Notes: a model not told the origin generated them from the sequence alone. Numbered from the stretch's first letter, positions 10,644 to 25,728 are shown. The stretch: DNA of 64,000 nucleotides from Eledone cirrhosa (GCA_964016885.1 OZ024762.1:1054001-1118000), one strand, 5' to 3'. Translations and numbers: made by a program.

Positions 10644-13600
10644 CTGCAAAGATGGAAACACAAGATTAGCTGCAACAATATATACAATTTCAAATTATAT
10701 ATATAGCCCACACTGTAAAGTGGTCATGTAGGTGACATGACAAAAAGTACCCAGTACTCACTGTAAAGTGGTCATGTAGGTGACATGACAAAATGACAAA
10801 AAGTACCCAGTACCGACTGTAAAATGGTCATGTTGGTGACATGACAAAAAGTACCCAGTACTCACTGTAAAGTGGTCATGTAGGTGACATGACAAAAAGT
10901 ACCCAGTACCCACTGTAAAATGGTCAAGTAGGTGACATGACAAAAAGTACCCAGTACTCACTGTAAAGTGGTCATGTAGGTGACATGACAAAAAGTACCC
11001 AGTACTCACTGTAAAGTGGTCATGTAGGTGACATGACAAAAAGTACCCAGTACTCACTGTAAAGTGGTCATGTAGGTGACATGACAAAAAGTACCCAGTA
11101 CTCACTGTAAAGTGGTCATGTAGGTGACATGACAAAAAGTACCCAGTACCCACTGTAAAATGGTCATGTAGGTGACATGACAAAAAGTACCCAGTACTCA
11201 CTGTAAAGTGGTCATGTAGGTGACATGACAAAAAGTACCCAGTACTCACTGTAAAATGGTCATGTAGGTGACATGACAAAAAGTACCCAGTACCCACTGT
11301 AAAATGGTCATGTAGGTGACATGACAAAAAGTACCCAGTACTCACTGTAAAGTGGTCATGTAGGTGACATGACAAAAAGTACCCAGTACTCACTGTAAAG
11401 TGGTCATGTAGGTGACATGACAAAAAGTACCCAGTACCCACTGTAAAATGGTCATGTAGGTGACATGACAAAAAGTACCCAGTACTCACTGTAAAGTGGT
11501 CATGTAGGTGACATGACAAAAAGTACCCAGTACTCACTGTAAAATGGTCATGTAGGTGACATGACAAAAAGTACCCAGTACTCACTGTAAAATGGTCATG
11601 TAGGTGACATGACAAAAAGTACCCAGTACTCACTGTAAAATGGTCATGTAGGTGACATGACAAAAAGTACCCAGTACTCACTGTAAAATGGTCATGTAGG
11701 TGACATGACAAAAAGTACCCAGCACTCACTGTAAATGAGGTTGGTGTTAGGAAGGACATCCAGCTGTAGAAAGCAAGCCAATATCAGTTCTGTATGAGCA
11801 AGACATGGTCACCTGACCTGGCATTGCCCCACAACAGGACAACTCGTATAACCCATGCTAACGTGAAAAATATGGACGTTAAACAGTGACGATGATGATG
11901 ATATATCATCATCATCATCATCGTTCTCATTATTTTAATGTCAGCTTTCTCTGCTAGCAAGGGTTGGACGAGTCTACCTAGGCTCCCACACAAGCCATGG
12001 ATCTGTCATCTTCCTGATGCATGGTCTCATGTTCTACCGAGTACACAGAGCAGGTTGTCATGTCTTTGACACAACTGAGGGTCCACCAACCCTTTGTTTG
12101 GCAGGTTTTCTACTGCTGGAAACACTTCCTATTACCAACCACTTTACAGTGTTGTTGTGGCCCTGACACAACAGAAGAACCCTCACCAACCACTTTACAG
12201 AGTGTTGTTGTGGCCTCTGACACAACAGAAGAACCCTCACCAACCACTTTACAGTGTTGTTGTGGCCCTGACACAACAGAAGAACCCTCACCAACCACTT
12301 TACAGAGTGTTGTTGTGGCCTCTGACACAACAGAAGAACCCTCACCAACCACTTTACAGAGTGTTGTTGTGGCCCTGACACAACAGAAGAACCCTCACCA
12401 ACCACTTTACAGTGTTGTTGTGGCCCTGACACAACAGAAGAACCCTCACCAACCACTTTACAGAGTGTTGTTGTGGCCCTGACACAACAGAAGAACCCTC
12501 ACCAACCACTTTACAGTGTTGTTGTGGCCCTGACACAACAGAAGAACCCTCACCAACCACTTTACAGTGTTGTTGTGGCCCTGACACAACAGAAGAACCC
12601 TCACCAACCACTTTACAGAGTGTTGTTGTGGCCCTGACACAACAGAAGAACCCTCACCAACCACTTTACAGAGTGTTGTTGTGGCCCTGACACAACAGAA
12701 GAACCCTCACCAACCACTTTACAGTGTTGTTGTGGCCCTGACACAACAGAAGAACCCTCACCAACCACTTTACAGTGTTGTTGTGGCCCTGACACAACAG
12801 AAGAACCCTCACCAACCACTTTACAGAGTGTTGTTGTGGCCTCTGACACAACAGAAGAACCCTCACCAACCACTTTACAGAGTGTTGTTGTGGCCCTGAC
12901 ACAACAGAAGAACCCTCACCAACCACTTTACAGTGTTGTTGTGGCCCTGACACAACAGAAGAACCCTCACCAACCACTTTACAGAGTGTTGTTGTGGCCC
13001 TGACACAACAGAAGAACCCTCACCAACCACTTTACAGAGTGTTGTTGTGGCCCTGACACAACAGAAGAACCCTCACCAACCACTTTACAGAGTGTTGTTG
13101 TGGCCCTGACACAACAGAAGAACCCTCACCAACCACTTTACAGTGTTGTTGTGGCCCTGACACAACAGAAGAACCCTCACCAACCACTTTACAGTGTTGT
13201 TGTGGCCCTGACACAACAGAAGAACCCTCACCAACCACTTTACAGAGTGTTGTTGTGGCCCTGACACAACAGAAGAACCCTCACCAACCACTTTACAGAG
13301 TGTTGTTGTGGCCCTGACACAACAGAAGAACCCTCACCAACCACTTTACAGAGTGTTGTTGTGGCCTCTGACACAACAGAAGAACCCTCACCAACCACTT
13401 TACAGTGTTGTTGTGGCCCTGACACAACAGAAGAACCCTCACCAACCACTTTACAGAGTGTTGTTGTGGCCCTGACACAACAGAAGAACCCTCACCAACC
13501 ACTTTACAGAGTGTTGTTGTGGCCCTGACACAACAGAAGAACCCTCACCAACCACTTTACAGAGTGTTGTTGTGGCCCTGACACAACAGAAGAACCCTCA

Positions 13601-16600
13601 CCAACCACTTTACAGAGTGTTGTTGTGGCCCTGACACAACAGAAGAACCCTCACCAACCACTTTACAGCGTCCACTTCTAAAAAAAGGAAAACAACGAAG
13701 TATTTACCTGATATTTTCTATCATATTAGACTTGGATGGTTCGGCGTCGGCATCAGTGCTGGAAGAGGTTGACTTGGCTACGGAAACATCAATAGGTTTA
13801 TCTTTGTCTTTGCTAAGGTCATCTTTCTGCTGTTTGCCGTCCTCACTGTCAGTGGAGACACCTGAACAGTCTGTTGTGGATACAGTGGAAGAAGGTCCCG
13901 GGGTAGATACATTAGAAGAAGTTTCTGTTGTAGATACACTGGAAGGTTCTGCTGTAGCAACAGTGGGGGCACCAGCAGAAGGAACTTCAAAGGTACGTGG
14001 TTTTATAAGTCCAGCAGAACTCAGGAAACTGAAATTTAAAAAATCAGATATATAATAAAAATTCATTTTATCGTTATGTCCTGTACCACATTAGCAAGAC
14101 ATTTTAAAAAAATAAAAAATAGCACTATAATTCTGTCACATTAACTCTTTAGCATTTACATTACTCTATATATACCATTGTATTTTCATGGTAAAGGCTT
14201 TAGCTCACATAACATTTACATTACTCTATATATACTATTGTATTTTACCAGTAAAGGCTTTACCTCACATAATACGTGAAGTTGTATATCTGGCGACATA
14301 CGGTATGTTTATAAATAAACATTAATCCTTTCATTCTTACAGAATCCATAAATAAAGTACCAGTAATGCACTGGGGACGATTTAATCGGCTTTCCCCCCT
14401 TCCCTTCAAATTTCTGGCCTTGCATCTTGCTTTTCATCCTTGTGAAATCAATAAAATAAAGTACCAGTAATGCACTGGTGTAATTGCTGGCCTTGTGCCA
14501 AAAGTAGAAACAATTTATTTAATACAAAAGTAGAATTTAAAAGAAAGGTGCGACAAGGTGAGCAACTGTCAGAGCAACATGGACGCAAAAATATTCAATT
14601 TGATGAGAAACAAATGTTTAGAAAAATGGAAAGCTCTGGAAAAAATGAAAAGAGGCGGCAAAATATTTGGTGAAAAAGATGCCAATAATTGTAGAACATG
14701 CCTGATTGCTGGAGATCAATATACACTGATCAATTTTATATTAACAGATGAAAGAGAGCTATGCACAATTAACTGATCAATAAAAGAAGAAAAACAGAAA
14801 CTGACATTTGCACCTCTGTAAACAAGATGCAGTGACATTTGCAAACACTGCCATAACTATACACTGCAAATCAACTGCAGTCTGCCATGCAGAAAGCAAA
14901 AAATATTCATTAAAAAAGATAAAAAGTTCCTTGCTGTGAAAATTTCTAACGAAACTTAAAGCAATGAATTTATGATATTTGTTAAACTTAGTAAATTATG
15001 TCACAAATAACTGACAGGTCAGTTGATCTGACCAAATAGATTCTATAGAATTACTACGGTTAGATAGAATATGTTGTAATATTTTATAGAGGTACTATGG
15101 TCAGTTAGAATATGTTGTGGTATTCTATATTTTGGGAGGTAAGAAACAAAAGATACAAAACCAAGGCAACTTTGGTAGACATTACTGTCAGGAACTACAT
15201 CTCACCTCCTCCACACATGTTCTTGTACATCTGACATCACCCATACACTAATTGTTTACACTTTGTAGTTGATCATCGTTGTTTTTATATCAAATATTTG
15301 AGATGTCAAGGTGGGGCCTGGAGCACAAAAGGTTGGGAACCACTGGTCTACACCATTTAACATAAACTTAATATAATTCTAGCAACTAGATCTGGTTGTA
15401 ACGGGTTTATAATAAACTAAATCTGACTGTAATATGCTTATGATAAACTAGATCTGGTTGTAACAGGTTTATAATAAACTAAACCTGGTTGTAATAGGTT
15501 TATAATAATTAATTAAACAACATAAACAAAAGCAATAGAGAAAGTTTAACATTCATAGTACGAACTGGTTGATATAACTTGTAACAGATGTTAGCTGGGT
15601 GATATAACTTATAACAGATGTTAACTGGGTGATATAACTTGTAACAGATGTTAACTGGGTGATATAACTTGTAACAGATGTTAGCTGGGTGATATAACTT
15701 ATAACAGATGTTAACTGGGTGATATAACTTGTAACAGATGTTAGCTGGGTGATATAACTTATAACAGATGTTAACTGGGTGATATAACTTGTAACAGATG
15801 TTAACTGGGTGATATAACTTGTAACAGATGTTAGCTGGGTGATATAACTTATAACAGATGTTAACTGGGTGATATAACTTGTAACAGATGTTAGCTGGGT
15901 GATATAACTTATAACAGATGTTAACTGGGTGATATAACTTGTAACAGATATTAACTGGGTGATATAACTTATAACAGATGTTAACTGGGTGATATAGCTT
16001 GTAACAGATGTTAACTGGTTGATATAACTTGTAACAAATGTTAGCTGGGTGATATAGCTTGTAACAGATGTTAGCTGGGTGATATAGCTTATCAAGATAG
16101 TAGCTGGGTGATTTAAGAACTTATTAAAAGATGCTAACTGGGTGATTTAACCTGTTAAAAATGCTAGCTGTGTGACATGATAACCTGTTAAAAATGCTAG
16201 CTGTGTGACATGATAACCTGTTAAAAATGCTAGCTGTGTGACATGATAACCTGTTGAAAGAGACAGACTAGCTGGGTGACATAACTTGTAGAATGTGCTA
16301 GCTGAAAGCAGTGCAGTAAAAGCAGTTTGCACTTGAATGAAGGGCACAGCCAGCAGAAGCTTTCAAAGAGGAAAACTCACTTAAAGTTCTGATAAAGCTC
16401 TTCTTCACCAGTTTCAAAATGTAACCTTTATTGTGAAGGAGAGAAAAAGAAAGTCTATCTTGACTCATTACCAAGTGAAGAAAAAAAAGAAAGAAAAAAA
16501 TTTGAAATACTGAAAACAAGGGCTGTAGAAACCATGCCAAAAATGAAAAATGTATGAGCAAAATGTGAGAGGGTTGTGAGGGCAGAGTTGTCAAACTCTC

Positions 16601-19600
16601 CTTCCAGAGGGTCCTGGCAGAAGCAATCATCTCCAACTGATCCGGCCAGATCCCCAAGCAAGATCAACCCAGTTCATGGAATGTTATCCAACCAACTTGC
16701 TCAAGAAGGGGTGGAATCTATCTCGGTCTCCTGCTGGTTGGTTTAGCTCCCCCGCAAAATCTGTCTAGAAACCATGCCAAACACTGAAAAATGTACGAGT
16801 AAAACATGGTCCCCTGATACATCTAGTCACAAACTATGGCAACGCATTGATTCCATGACAACATGGACAACAGATGTAAAATGATATTGATGATGATGAT
16901 GATGATGATGAAATACCAAAAACAAGAGCAGAATATTTCATTAGAGTCAAGAGAATTAGGGAGCTGGTAGAAGAACAAGAATCAACTATCGAAGTAATTG
17001 TAATTATTATTTGGAACAAAGAAACTTCCAGATACATTGGTTAGATTGTAAAATGGTTTATATAATTAATATATTACAATGATATAGAATTATATTGGAG
17101 TGATTTACTAAAATTATTATTTCATTACTAAGATAGTAACTTAATGTAAGGTTCTTATATAAAATTATGCAGGATGATTTTAATATAAATTGGAAACCTT
17201 TAAAATAGGTGACTTTATTTCATAGAACAAGAGCTGGTTTTGGTTGGGTTGGTAACTAAAGGGTTAATTTTGACTGTAAAAGATTATGGCATATTTACTA
17301 AACTACTGTATTTGCTGGAGTTGCATTTGGATATTTTTACAGGGTTTATTAGCTAAGAAAACAGCCCCAACAAAACGAGGGGTTGGGGTTGAATGAGAAA
17401 TGTTACCTTTCTCCTCCTGTACAGTTGACAACCTTTTTTGCTTCAGTGTTGTCACCTGCAACAGTGTGGTCTGAGTTTGCGGACTGGTTGCTGTCTGATT
17501 GAACGCTCGCATCTTTAGGGGCCGGCCAATCTTTACTGCTAGAAATTTCTTTTGTCTCACTGCTGCTGGAAATAGAAGACAAAAATTATAAATAAAAAGC
17601 ACCCAGTCCACCCTGTAAAGTGGTGGTGTAGTTCTCACGACAAAAGTACCCAGTCCACCCTGTAAAGTGGTCGTGTAGGTGTCACGACAAAAGCTCCCGT
17701 AGTATCAGAGCTGTGATCACTCAATTCAGAGAAATAGCAGCTCTATCTTGAGTGACTCTCTGATCTCCGAGCTACACACTTTATCAAGTAACGTTACTCC
17801 AAAGACACTTCAGAGGAACCCATTTCGGCTGCTTGTATTCGCGATCGTATTCTTTTAGTCATTACCCAAGATTCCTGACATAGGTAAGGGTTAGCAAGAA
17901 TACCGAATTGAAGAGGGATGTAGTCTAGAGTATATAATGTAGAAAATTATATATTTAAGAAGGCTAAGACTGAAATGGAGAGTAAAAGGAAGGCAACAAA
18001 ACAGTTTGTGTGACCTGCTATTTTTTTTTTTTTGTCCTAATATTTCGGGAGTTAAAAGTTCCTTCCTTGGAGTGTGGTTATATTGTTAAAAGCAGAACAT
18101 AAAACAATAAAAGGTTGTGTGTATATTACTGGTACCTTAAAAGGGCTTCATCTTTAGAGCATTTATCCCCCTCATCTTTGGCAGCAGTTTCAACTGATCT
18201 GATCTGGGGACTTCTTTGAGAACCTGAAATATAGAATTGGTAACATAAGAATGAGGGTGACAGTTGTTAGGGACATCTGTTGGTAGAGTGTTTAGGTTGT
18301 AGGACATCTGGTGTGAAGGCCACAAACACAGTATGACATCTGGTGTGAGGGCCACACTCTACAACATGACATCTGGTGTGAAGGCCACAAACACAACACG
18401 ACATCTGGTGTGAAAACCACACACATCACGACATCTGGTGCGACGGCCACACACATCACGACATCTGGTGCGACGGCCACACACATCATGGCAGATGACA
18501 GCACAACAAGATGATAAATACAGAAAACAGATTATATAAACTGAAATGTAAACTGTACGAAATACGAAACAAGAGTCTAACAATGTACATACTCCTGTCT
18601 CCACAGGCTGAACTCGACACAGCATCACCAGTATCCATAGCAACAGGGGAGCTACTTCGTGGAATTCTACAAAACAAGAGAATGTAATTAGTATATCTTA
18701 AAGATATTACAGTTATATTAGATTCACGCTTGGAGGAAGTGGAGGAGGTTTCAATGTTTCAAACTGAAGTCCTTCTTTAATACATCTTTGACATATTACA
18801 GTGAGACCCTTTAAGATCAACAGATCTCCCTTTCATCTGCTGTTTCCATACAGAGTCTGGACAAACTGAAGGATAAACTGGGTCTAAGAGGGATCTGAAG
18901 TGGTGTGGGTGTGTAGGAGAGAGAAGACTGCGTTGGTATGGACATGTGATGCTGATGGTCAATGACCGTTGGGTGAAACAGTGCCAGGAAATCGCAGTGG
19001 AAGTTACAGATCTAAGGTATCGTAAAATATCAACAAGTTACAGGTGTGTTAGGGTTAGGATCAAGAAATTATAGGTGTGTTGACCTAAGGTGTTGTAAAA
19101 TATCGACAAGTTGCAGGTGTGTTCTTACCGTTCTAATGAGGAATTGAAACTAGAAAAGTCTGCCCAATTGTTTTCCGACATTTTCAGGTTAAAATTAGCC
19201 CATTTCTGTTCTGGGGACTCAGTTGTCACCATTGATGTGTCCCATGGAGATGTCTCCATCGCTGCAACACAACAAAACGTCAATTATATTCGATTTCATA
19301 CAAAATTAACGATCGATTTTATTGATTCTAAATTTATTCAATGATGATGAATACAACACCCAACTACAGCGGTTGTTAGCCATTGATACACTGCCAGCGA
19401 CATATGGCACCATAGAGAGATCTCCCCTTTACAGAGAGTGCAGTGTCAAGGGAAACAATTCATAACAATTACTGGCACGCTAAAGGTTAATTTTAGTAGA
19501 AATAACATCTGTTGTTTTGCATCATCTTAATTATGTGTGTGTGTGTGTATATATATATATGGTTGTGGTGTGTATGTGTATATGTGTGACATGTGTGTGT

Positions 19601-20989
19601 ATATATATATAAGTGTATGTGTGGTGTGTGCATGTGTGTGTGTGGATATAAATATATGGGTGTGTGTGTGTTGATTGCTCTTTGCTTTCATTTGTGTGTA
19701 CATCTAATGGTCTAACACTACTGCTACACTGGTCAAAGAAAACTGACCTTCTGTTGTATCAACGTCCATCTTCTCCTGGGGTTGTTGTAGAATGCACTTG
19801 GGAGAGTCTAGTTCTTCATCGCTGTCGGTGTTGTCCTCCTCCTCTTCTTCCTGGTCATCAGAGCCAAGACTGTCAGTGGACATACTATATATGAGAGGGG
19901 GAAACAGAGACATAGAGAGAGGGGTAGTGAGAGAGAGGTAGAGAGGGGGGTAGTGAGATAAAGAGAGGGGGGTAGTGAGATAAGGTGAGAGAGGGGTAGT
20001 GAGATAGAGAGAGAGAGAGGTAGTGAGATAGAGAGAGAGAGGGGTAGTGAGATAGAGAGAGAGGGGTAGTGAGATAGAGAGAGGGGGGTAGTGAGAGAGA
20101 GAGGTAGTGAGATAGAGAGAGAGAGAGAGGTAGTGAGATAAAGAGAGAGGGGTAGTGAGATAGAGAGAGAGGGGTAGTGAGATAGAGAGAGAGAGAGAGA
20201 GGTAGTGAGATAGAGAGAGAAGGGTAGTGAGATAGAGAGAGAGAGAGGTAGTGAGATAGAGAGAGAGGTAGTGAGATAAAGAGAGAGAGGGGTAGTGAGA
20301 GAGAGAGAAAGGTAGTGAAATAGAGAGAGGGGGATAGTGAGGAAAGTTCAACAAAACAAATATAAAGTTCAATAAAAAATAATATACAATATTAGAGAAC
20401 ATTTTATAGAGGGGGGGGGGGAGAAGGGGAGTAGACAGAAGAAGAGAGGCATAGAAAGACAGTCAGAGAGACGGATTTATAGGGTAAAACTATAAGAAAT
20501 GAGGGCCACACATCCCAAATATGTTCAATATAATCCCTTCCTGGGCCCTTACCCAGTTGGTCGAAGTGGGGAATTTTCAAAGAGAATAACTTCTTTCTTT
20601 TCCCAAATATCTTCATCACTTTCATTGTCATCAAACTGCTGGATTCTTTCATTACAGGCCTGTTCAAACATGGTCGCATTTGGGGCCTAGAAAACAGTAG
20701 AAAATACACAAGTCCTCATTATTGTTGGATATTTTAGTTAAGCTGTTGTAGGGTGTTAGTGTTGTTAAGGCACTAGGGGGACTAATATACACACACATAT
20801 ATATATATATATTATCACTGTTTAATGTCTTATTTTCCACGTTTGGATGAGTTAGACAGGCTGTCATGTCACGAGACTAGTCAGGTCAGGTGACCATGTC
20901 CTGCTGAATGCTGATATGATTTTTGAAACAATTGTAAGCCATTAAATATATTTGTTCAAGAATTTGGTATTGTTTTCTCTAGCATTTAA

Positions 20990-21026
<37 letters not shown>

Positions 21027-24000
21027 ATAATAATAAATGTGAAGACTAAAATCCAAAGAGGGCTCGATAAGGATAAATATATTAGAGTTTAAGCAAAGAA
21101 TCGGTGCTTTCACCCTTAACGGGATCTTTTGTTAAAGGTGAAAGCAGCGATTCTTAACTTAAACTTTAATCTGTTATTCTAATATATATATACACACATA
21201 TTTCAAATTAAAAGATATATGTGTATATATGTATAAATATATATATATTATATATTTATAGAGAGAGAGAGAGAGAACCACATATGAAAATATACAGTAT
21301 ATTATATATAATTGATGTTTTGATACCTTAAATTTATGTGTGTGTGTAGAGAGAGGTAGAGAGGTAGAGAGAGTTATGTGTACTTACACTGTCTTCATCA
21401 GCCCTTATATTAAAATCAATACTAGAGATCTTCTCATTAAACGTTGTGCTGTGGAAAACAATGGAAACAACATCACAACATACAGTAAACTGTTACTTCA
21501 CTATATGACAATGTCACAACTAGAACAATATATAGACGCATATAAACATATATATATACATACAGATATGTGGTATACATACACACACATATATAAGGGC
21601 ACACAAACACGTATATACACATATATTCATACACATTTAGATACATACACACACATATGTGTATGTATGTGTACCACACAAGACAAATTATATTCAAACC
21701 TGTCACACAATAAAAAAAAAAAATCAATAAAATAAATACAAAACTTGAAAAAAATAAGTAATGAAGGTGGGGGGTAATTTGATTGACTAAACCAAGGTAG
21801 TACTCCAGTATGGTCGCAATTAGATCGATTAAACCAAGGTAGTACCCCAGTATGGTCGCAATTAGATCGATTAAACCAAGGTAGTACCCCAGTATGGTCG
21901 CAATTAGATCGATTAAGCCAAGGTAGTACTCCAGTATGGTCGTAGTCTGATGACAGAAACCAGTAAAAGAAAAGAAAGAAATAAACAATAAAGAATAAAG
22001 AGAAAACTCACTCAATTTTGCCATCTTGGTCAGCAAAATCATGTTCACTGAAGCCAAATGTATCAATAAAATTTGATGTCATTTGGAGTTGGTAATCGGA
22101 GAAGGCCTGGCAGGAAATGGGAAGAAAAATAAAGAGTTAAAACAATTAGAACAAAGTTATATAGAGAGAAATAAACTCTATTTTTAGTCTATATTTCTAG
22201 AAATTAATGGCAGGGTTGATTTGATATTAATTGACAAGATCCCAGACTTCAATTGCTTACCAAGTGAGGTGGAACTTGTCAGATGAGACCAAGGAAACAA
22301 TGTTGGAGTAAAGCAAAGATTTAAGACACAGACGTAAGAAAGTTATATAGATAGAAATAAACTTTATTTTAGTCTATATTTCTAGAAACAAATGGCAGTG
22401 TTCATTAAATTTTTTATTTGATCCAAGTCGATAAAAATCCACACCTCCTTCGCCTACCAAGGTGGAACTCGTATCAGATCAAACCAAAGAAGCAATGTTT
22501 CCATTGGTCTTTCCAATTGCTGATAATATCTTCCAGTCACAAGTCAATACAATAGTTAATTTCATTCGTTTAACGTTTAACTCTTTCCATACTAAACTAC
22601 CAACAACTGCTCCTGCTTCTATGGATAAAGAGCTGTTTATTTTTAACTTAATGTACAGTAGTACCATATGGAAGGACATTAGCAAGAAGACAGTTTTGAA
22701 ACCTAACAAAACAGCGACTGCATCACATTGTCTTTACTGCAATACTGCAAATATCAACTACACTGATAGATAGAACTCTAGATAGAGATACACATCAGAG
22801 GAATACGAGAAGACATTCTGAAATGTAAATACATGCAAACAAAGGAAAATTATATATATAGATATATATATATATATATATATATAATAGAAAAAAATGA
22901 AGTTTTGTTTACATATAAGAAATATTTATTGTGTATCAACGAGCAGATCTATAATGGAGTCAGGTCCATAACTCCTATGGGTCACCTTGAGCCAATCTTC
23001 TGTGAAACACGCGTAACAGGTCAATACACAATAAATATTTTTCATATGTAAAGGAAACTTCCTCGTTTTCTTCTATTATATACACTGTCTGTGTATAGAG
23101 TGGTTGATTTGGTACCAACACCAGTATTTCACTGTACTACCTACACTATATATATATATATATATACACACACACATATATTTATATATACATACATATA
23201 TAAATATACATATATACATATATAGACACACACCCACACTCACTGGTATAATTTCAAAGGTACAATTATATTGATATCATAAGTCCCCTAGTTAACAGTA
23301 GACAAAGTACATGCAGGTCGACTAGACATGGAAAACAACTGTTTAAAAACCTCATATGTGGTACCTTCAACATTTATCCACAATAAAATCTGCTCTTGTA
23401 AAAGATAAGACTAAAAGATGGGAGTTTTTTTAGGTCCTATCAATAAAATGCTGGGCTTTTACACAGAGAAGGCCTGCATATATCCAAAATAAAAGCTGCT
23501 CTTGTAAAAAATAAGACTAAAAGATGGGAGTTTATTATGTCCTATCAATAAAATGCTGGGCTTTTTACGCAATCTTTGCCATAGAGACTAGAAATGACGC
23601 CTTAGTCTCACTCATCAATCTCAGTCTCTCTCTAACCATTGTGTATTGGTCATACAACAAGACTGCACCCTATTGTATACTGTACTCAACCTTTTATGTA
23701 AATCCTTGTGACTGTTAAAGAAATTGTTATCATCAATTGCTGGCCTTGTGCCTCAATCAGAAACCATTATTATTATTATTACAGACATACTCTCACCTAA
23801 GTGACAACCCAGATATATACCCGGGCCACCCCCAGTCGTTAAACCCCAACCCCAAAAAATGTTTTTAAATATATATATATCGGTCACAACGAAACAGGAA
23901 CTAGTGCAACGACAACTGAAGATGGTAACAACAACAACAGCAAAATAATAACAGTTATAATAATAATACTAATAATGAAGGTGGGTGGGGGGGGGGTTGC

Positions 24001-25728
24001 TTTGTAAAGAAGTGAGTGAATACAGTTGAGACGGGTGACTGGGGAGGGGGTGTTGGTGGAGAAATAGTACAAGCTACGAGACTAGAAAGTTAATATAGCC
24101 TGCTGTGAGTTGAGGGTATATTTCCAGAGATCTGAAGAAGGGCAGCAAGGCCATTTAAAGAGGGGGGTGTGGTGTGTGAGGCAAAGTGACCACTACTTAC
24201 TTGAGAGTAATTGGGTTTCTGGAAAAAAAAGTAACGATGGCAAAAAAAACATCAGTTGAGAGAAGTTAGAACAGAAGACAGATGGGGGGAGGGGGGGGGG
24301 GGCTAAAGATGGTGATTAGAAAACTAATTAATACTAATTAAAACTAGGGAACTAATTAGAAGGGGCCAGCTAAATCAAGTTAGGTGGGAGATGTAATTTC
24401 CATTCTATTATTTGACATATATTTGAGAGATCCTAGAAGGGTGAAAGGCAAAGTTAAACTCTAGACATAAACACTGTTGTAGGGAAAAACCCTGAACACC
24501 CCCGCGTAACTAGGAGTGGACTAGGCAAAATGTCTCTAAATAATAACTGAAGTCAACTGTCAGGTAGACTGTATATGGAGTGTCGTAGTGATCTTGTTGG
24601 TAGTTTAACATTAGGTCTGGTAAATACCTTGGTTTTACCTTCGTTAGTACAGGTGTACTAACAAGTGTAATACACCTTTATAACATGGCCATAACTAATA
24701 GAGACAATGTATCTAGGAGTAAAGGTGACAAAATGGAGAGAGTATATAGTAAAGAAGGGGGAGAAACTTAATGGAGAGAATGTTGTAAGGTGGACATGTT
24801 GGGGTTAATATATGTAGGGGACATGTTGGGGTTAATATATGTAGGGGACATGTTGGGGTTAATATATGTAGGGGACAGATTGGGGTTAATATATGTAGGG
24901 GACAGATTGGGGTTAATATATGTAGGGGACAGATTGAGGTTATATGTAGGGGACAGATTGAGGTTAATATAATATAGTAAAATAGACAGATTGGGGTTAA
25001 TATATGTAGGGGACAGATTGAGGTTATATGTAGGGGACAGATTGAGGTTAATATAATATAGTAAAATAGACAGATTGGGGTTAATATATGTAGGGGACAG
25101 ATTGAGGTTATATGTAGGGGACAGATTGAGGTTAATATAATATAGTAAAATAGACAGATTGGGGTTAATATATGTAGGGGACAGATTGAGGTTATATGTA
25201 GGGGACAGATTGAGGTTAATATAATATAGTAAAATAGACAGATTGGGGTTAATATATGTAGGGGATAGATTGAGGTTAATATAATATAGTAAAATAGACA
25301 GATTGGGGTTAATATATGTAGGGGACAGATTGAGGTTATATGTAGGAGACAGATTGAGGTTAATATAATATAGTAAAATAGACAGATTGGGGTTAATATA
25401 TGTAGGGGACAGATTGAGGTTAATATAATATAGTAAAGTAGACAGATTGGGGTTAATATAATATAGTAATGTGGACAGTATGATGTCAATTATATATAGT
25501 AAGGTGGACAAAGTTATTGGAGCTGTAGAGAGTGAATGTGGTAAAGGGGAGATAACTGACCTGTTGCATAACTGTATCTTGGTTAAAAGGCAAATCTCCA
25601 AAGTCTGTGTCATCATCTTCACTACTTGAATGTAATGGATGACCTTGAACCTACAAATTACAAAAACTCATCAATATATATATTTATATTTCTCCTTCTT
25701 GTTATATACATCAGAGAACTTGTTTTAC

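Noticed and set aside
10758-11759. 333-aa His/Cys-rich repeat ORF
   Set aside because: By-product of a 48-bp minisatellite derived from a retroposon tail; no splice or homology support
12135-13668. Hairpin-containing repeat array resembling CRISPR or a mucin-like ORF
   Set aside because: No spacers; units of 51/53/54 nt shift frame; intronic
23797-24131. Alternative terminal or poison exon after the microexon ([13 protein letters not shown])
   Set aside because: Plausible acceptor only; no homology or other support visible in the sequence
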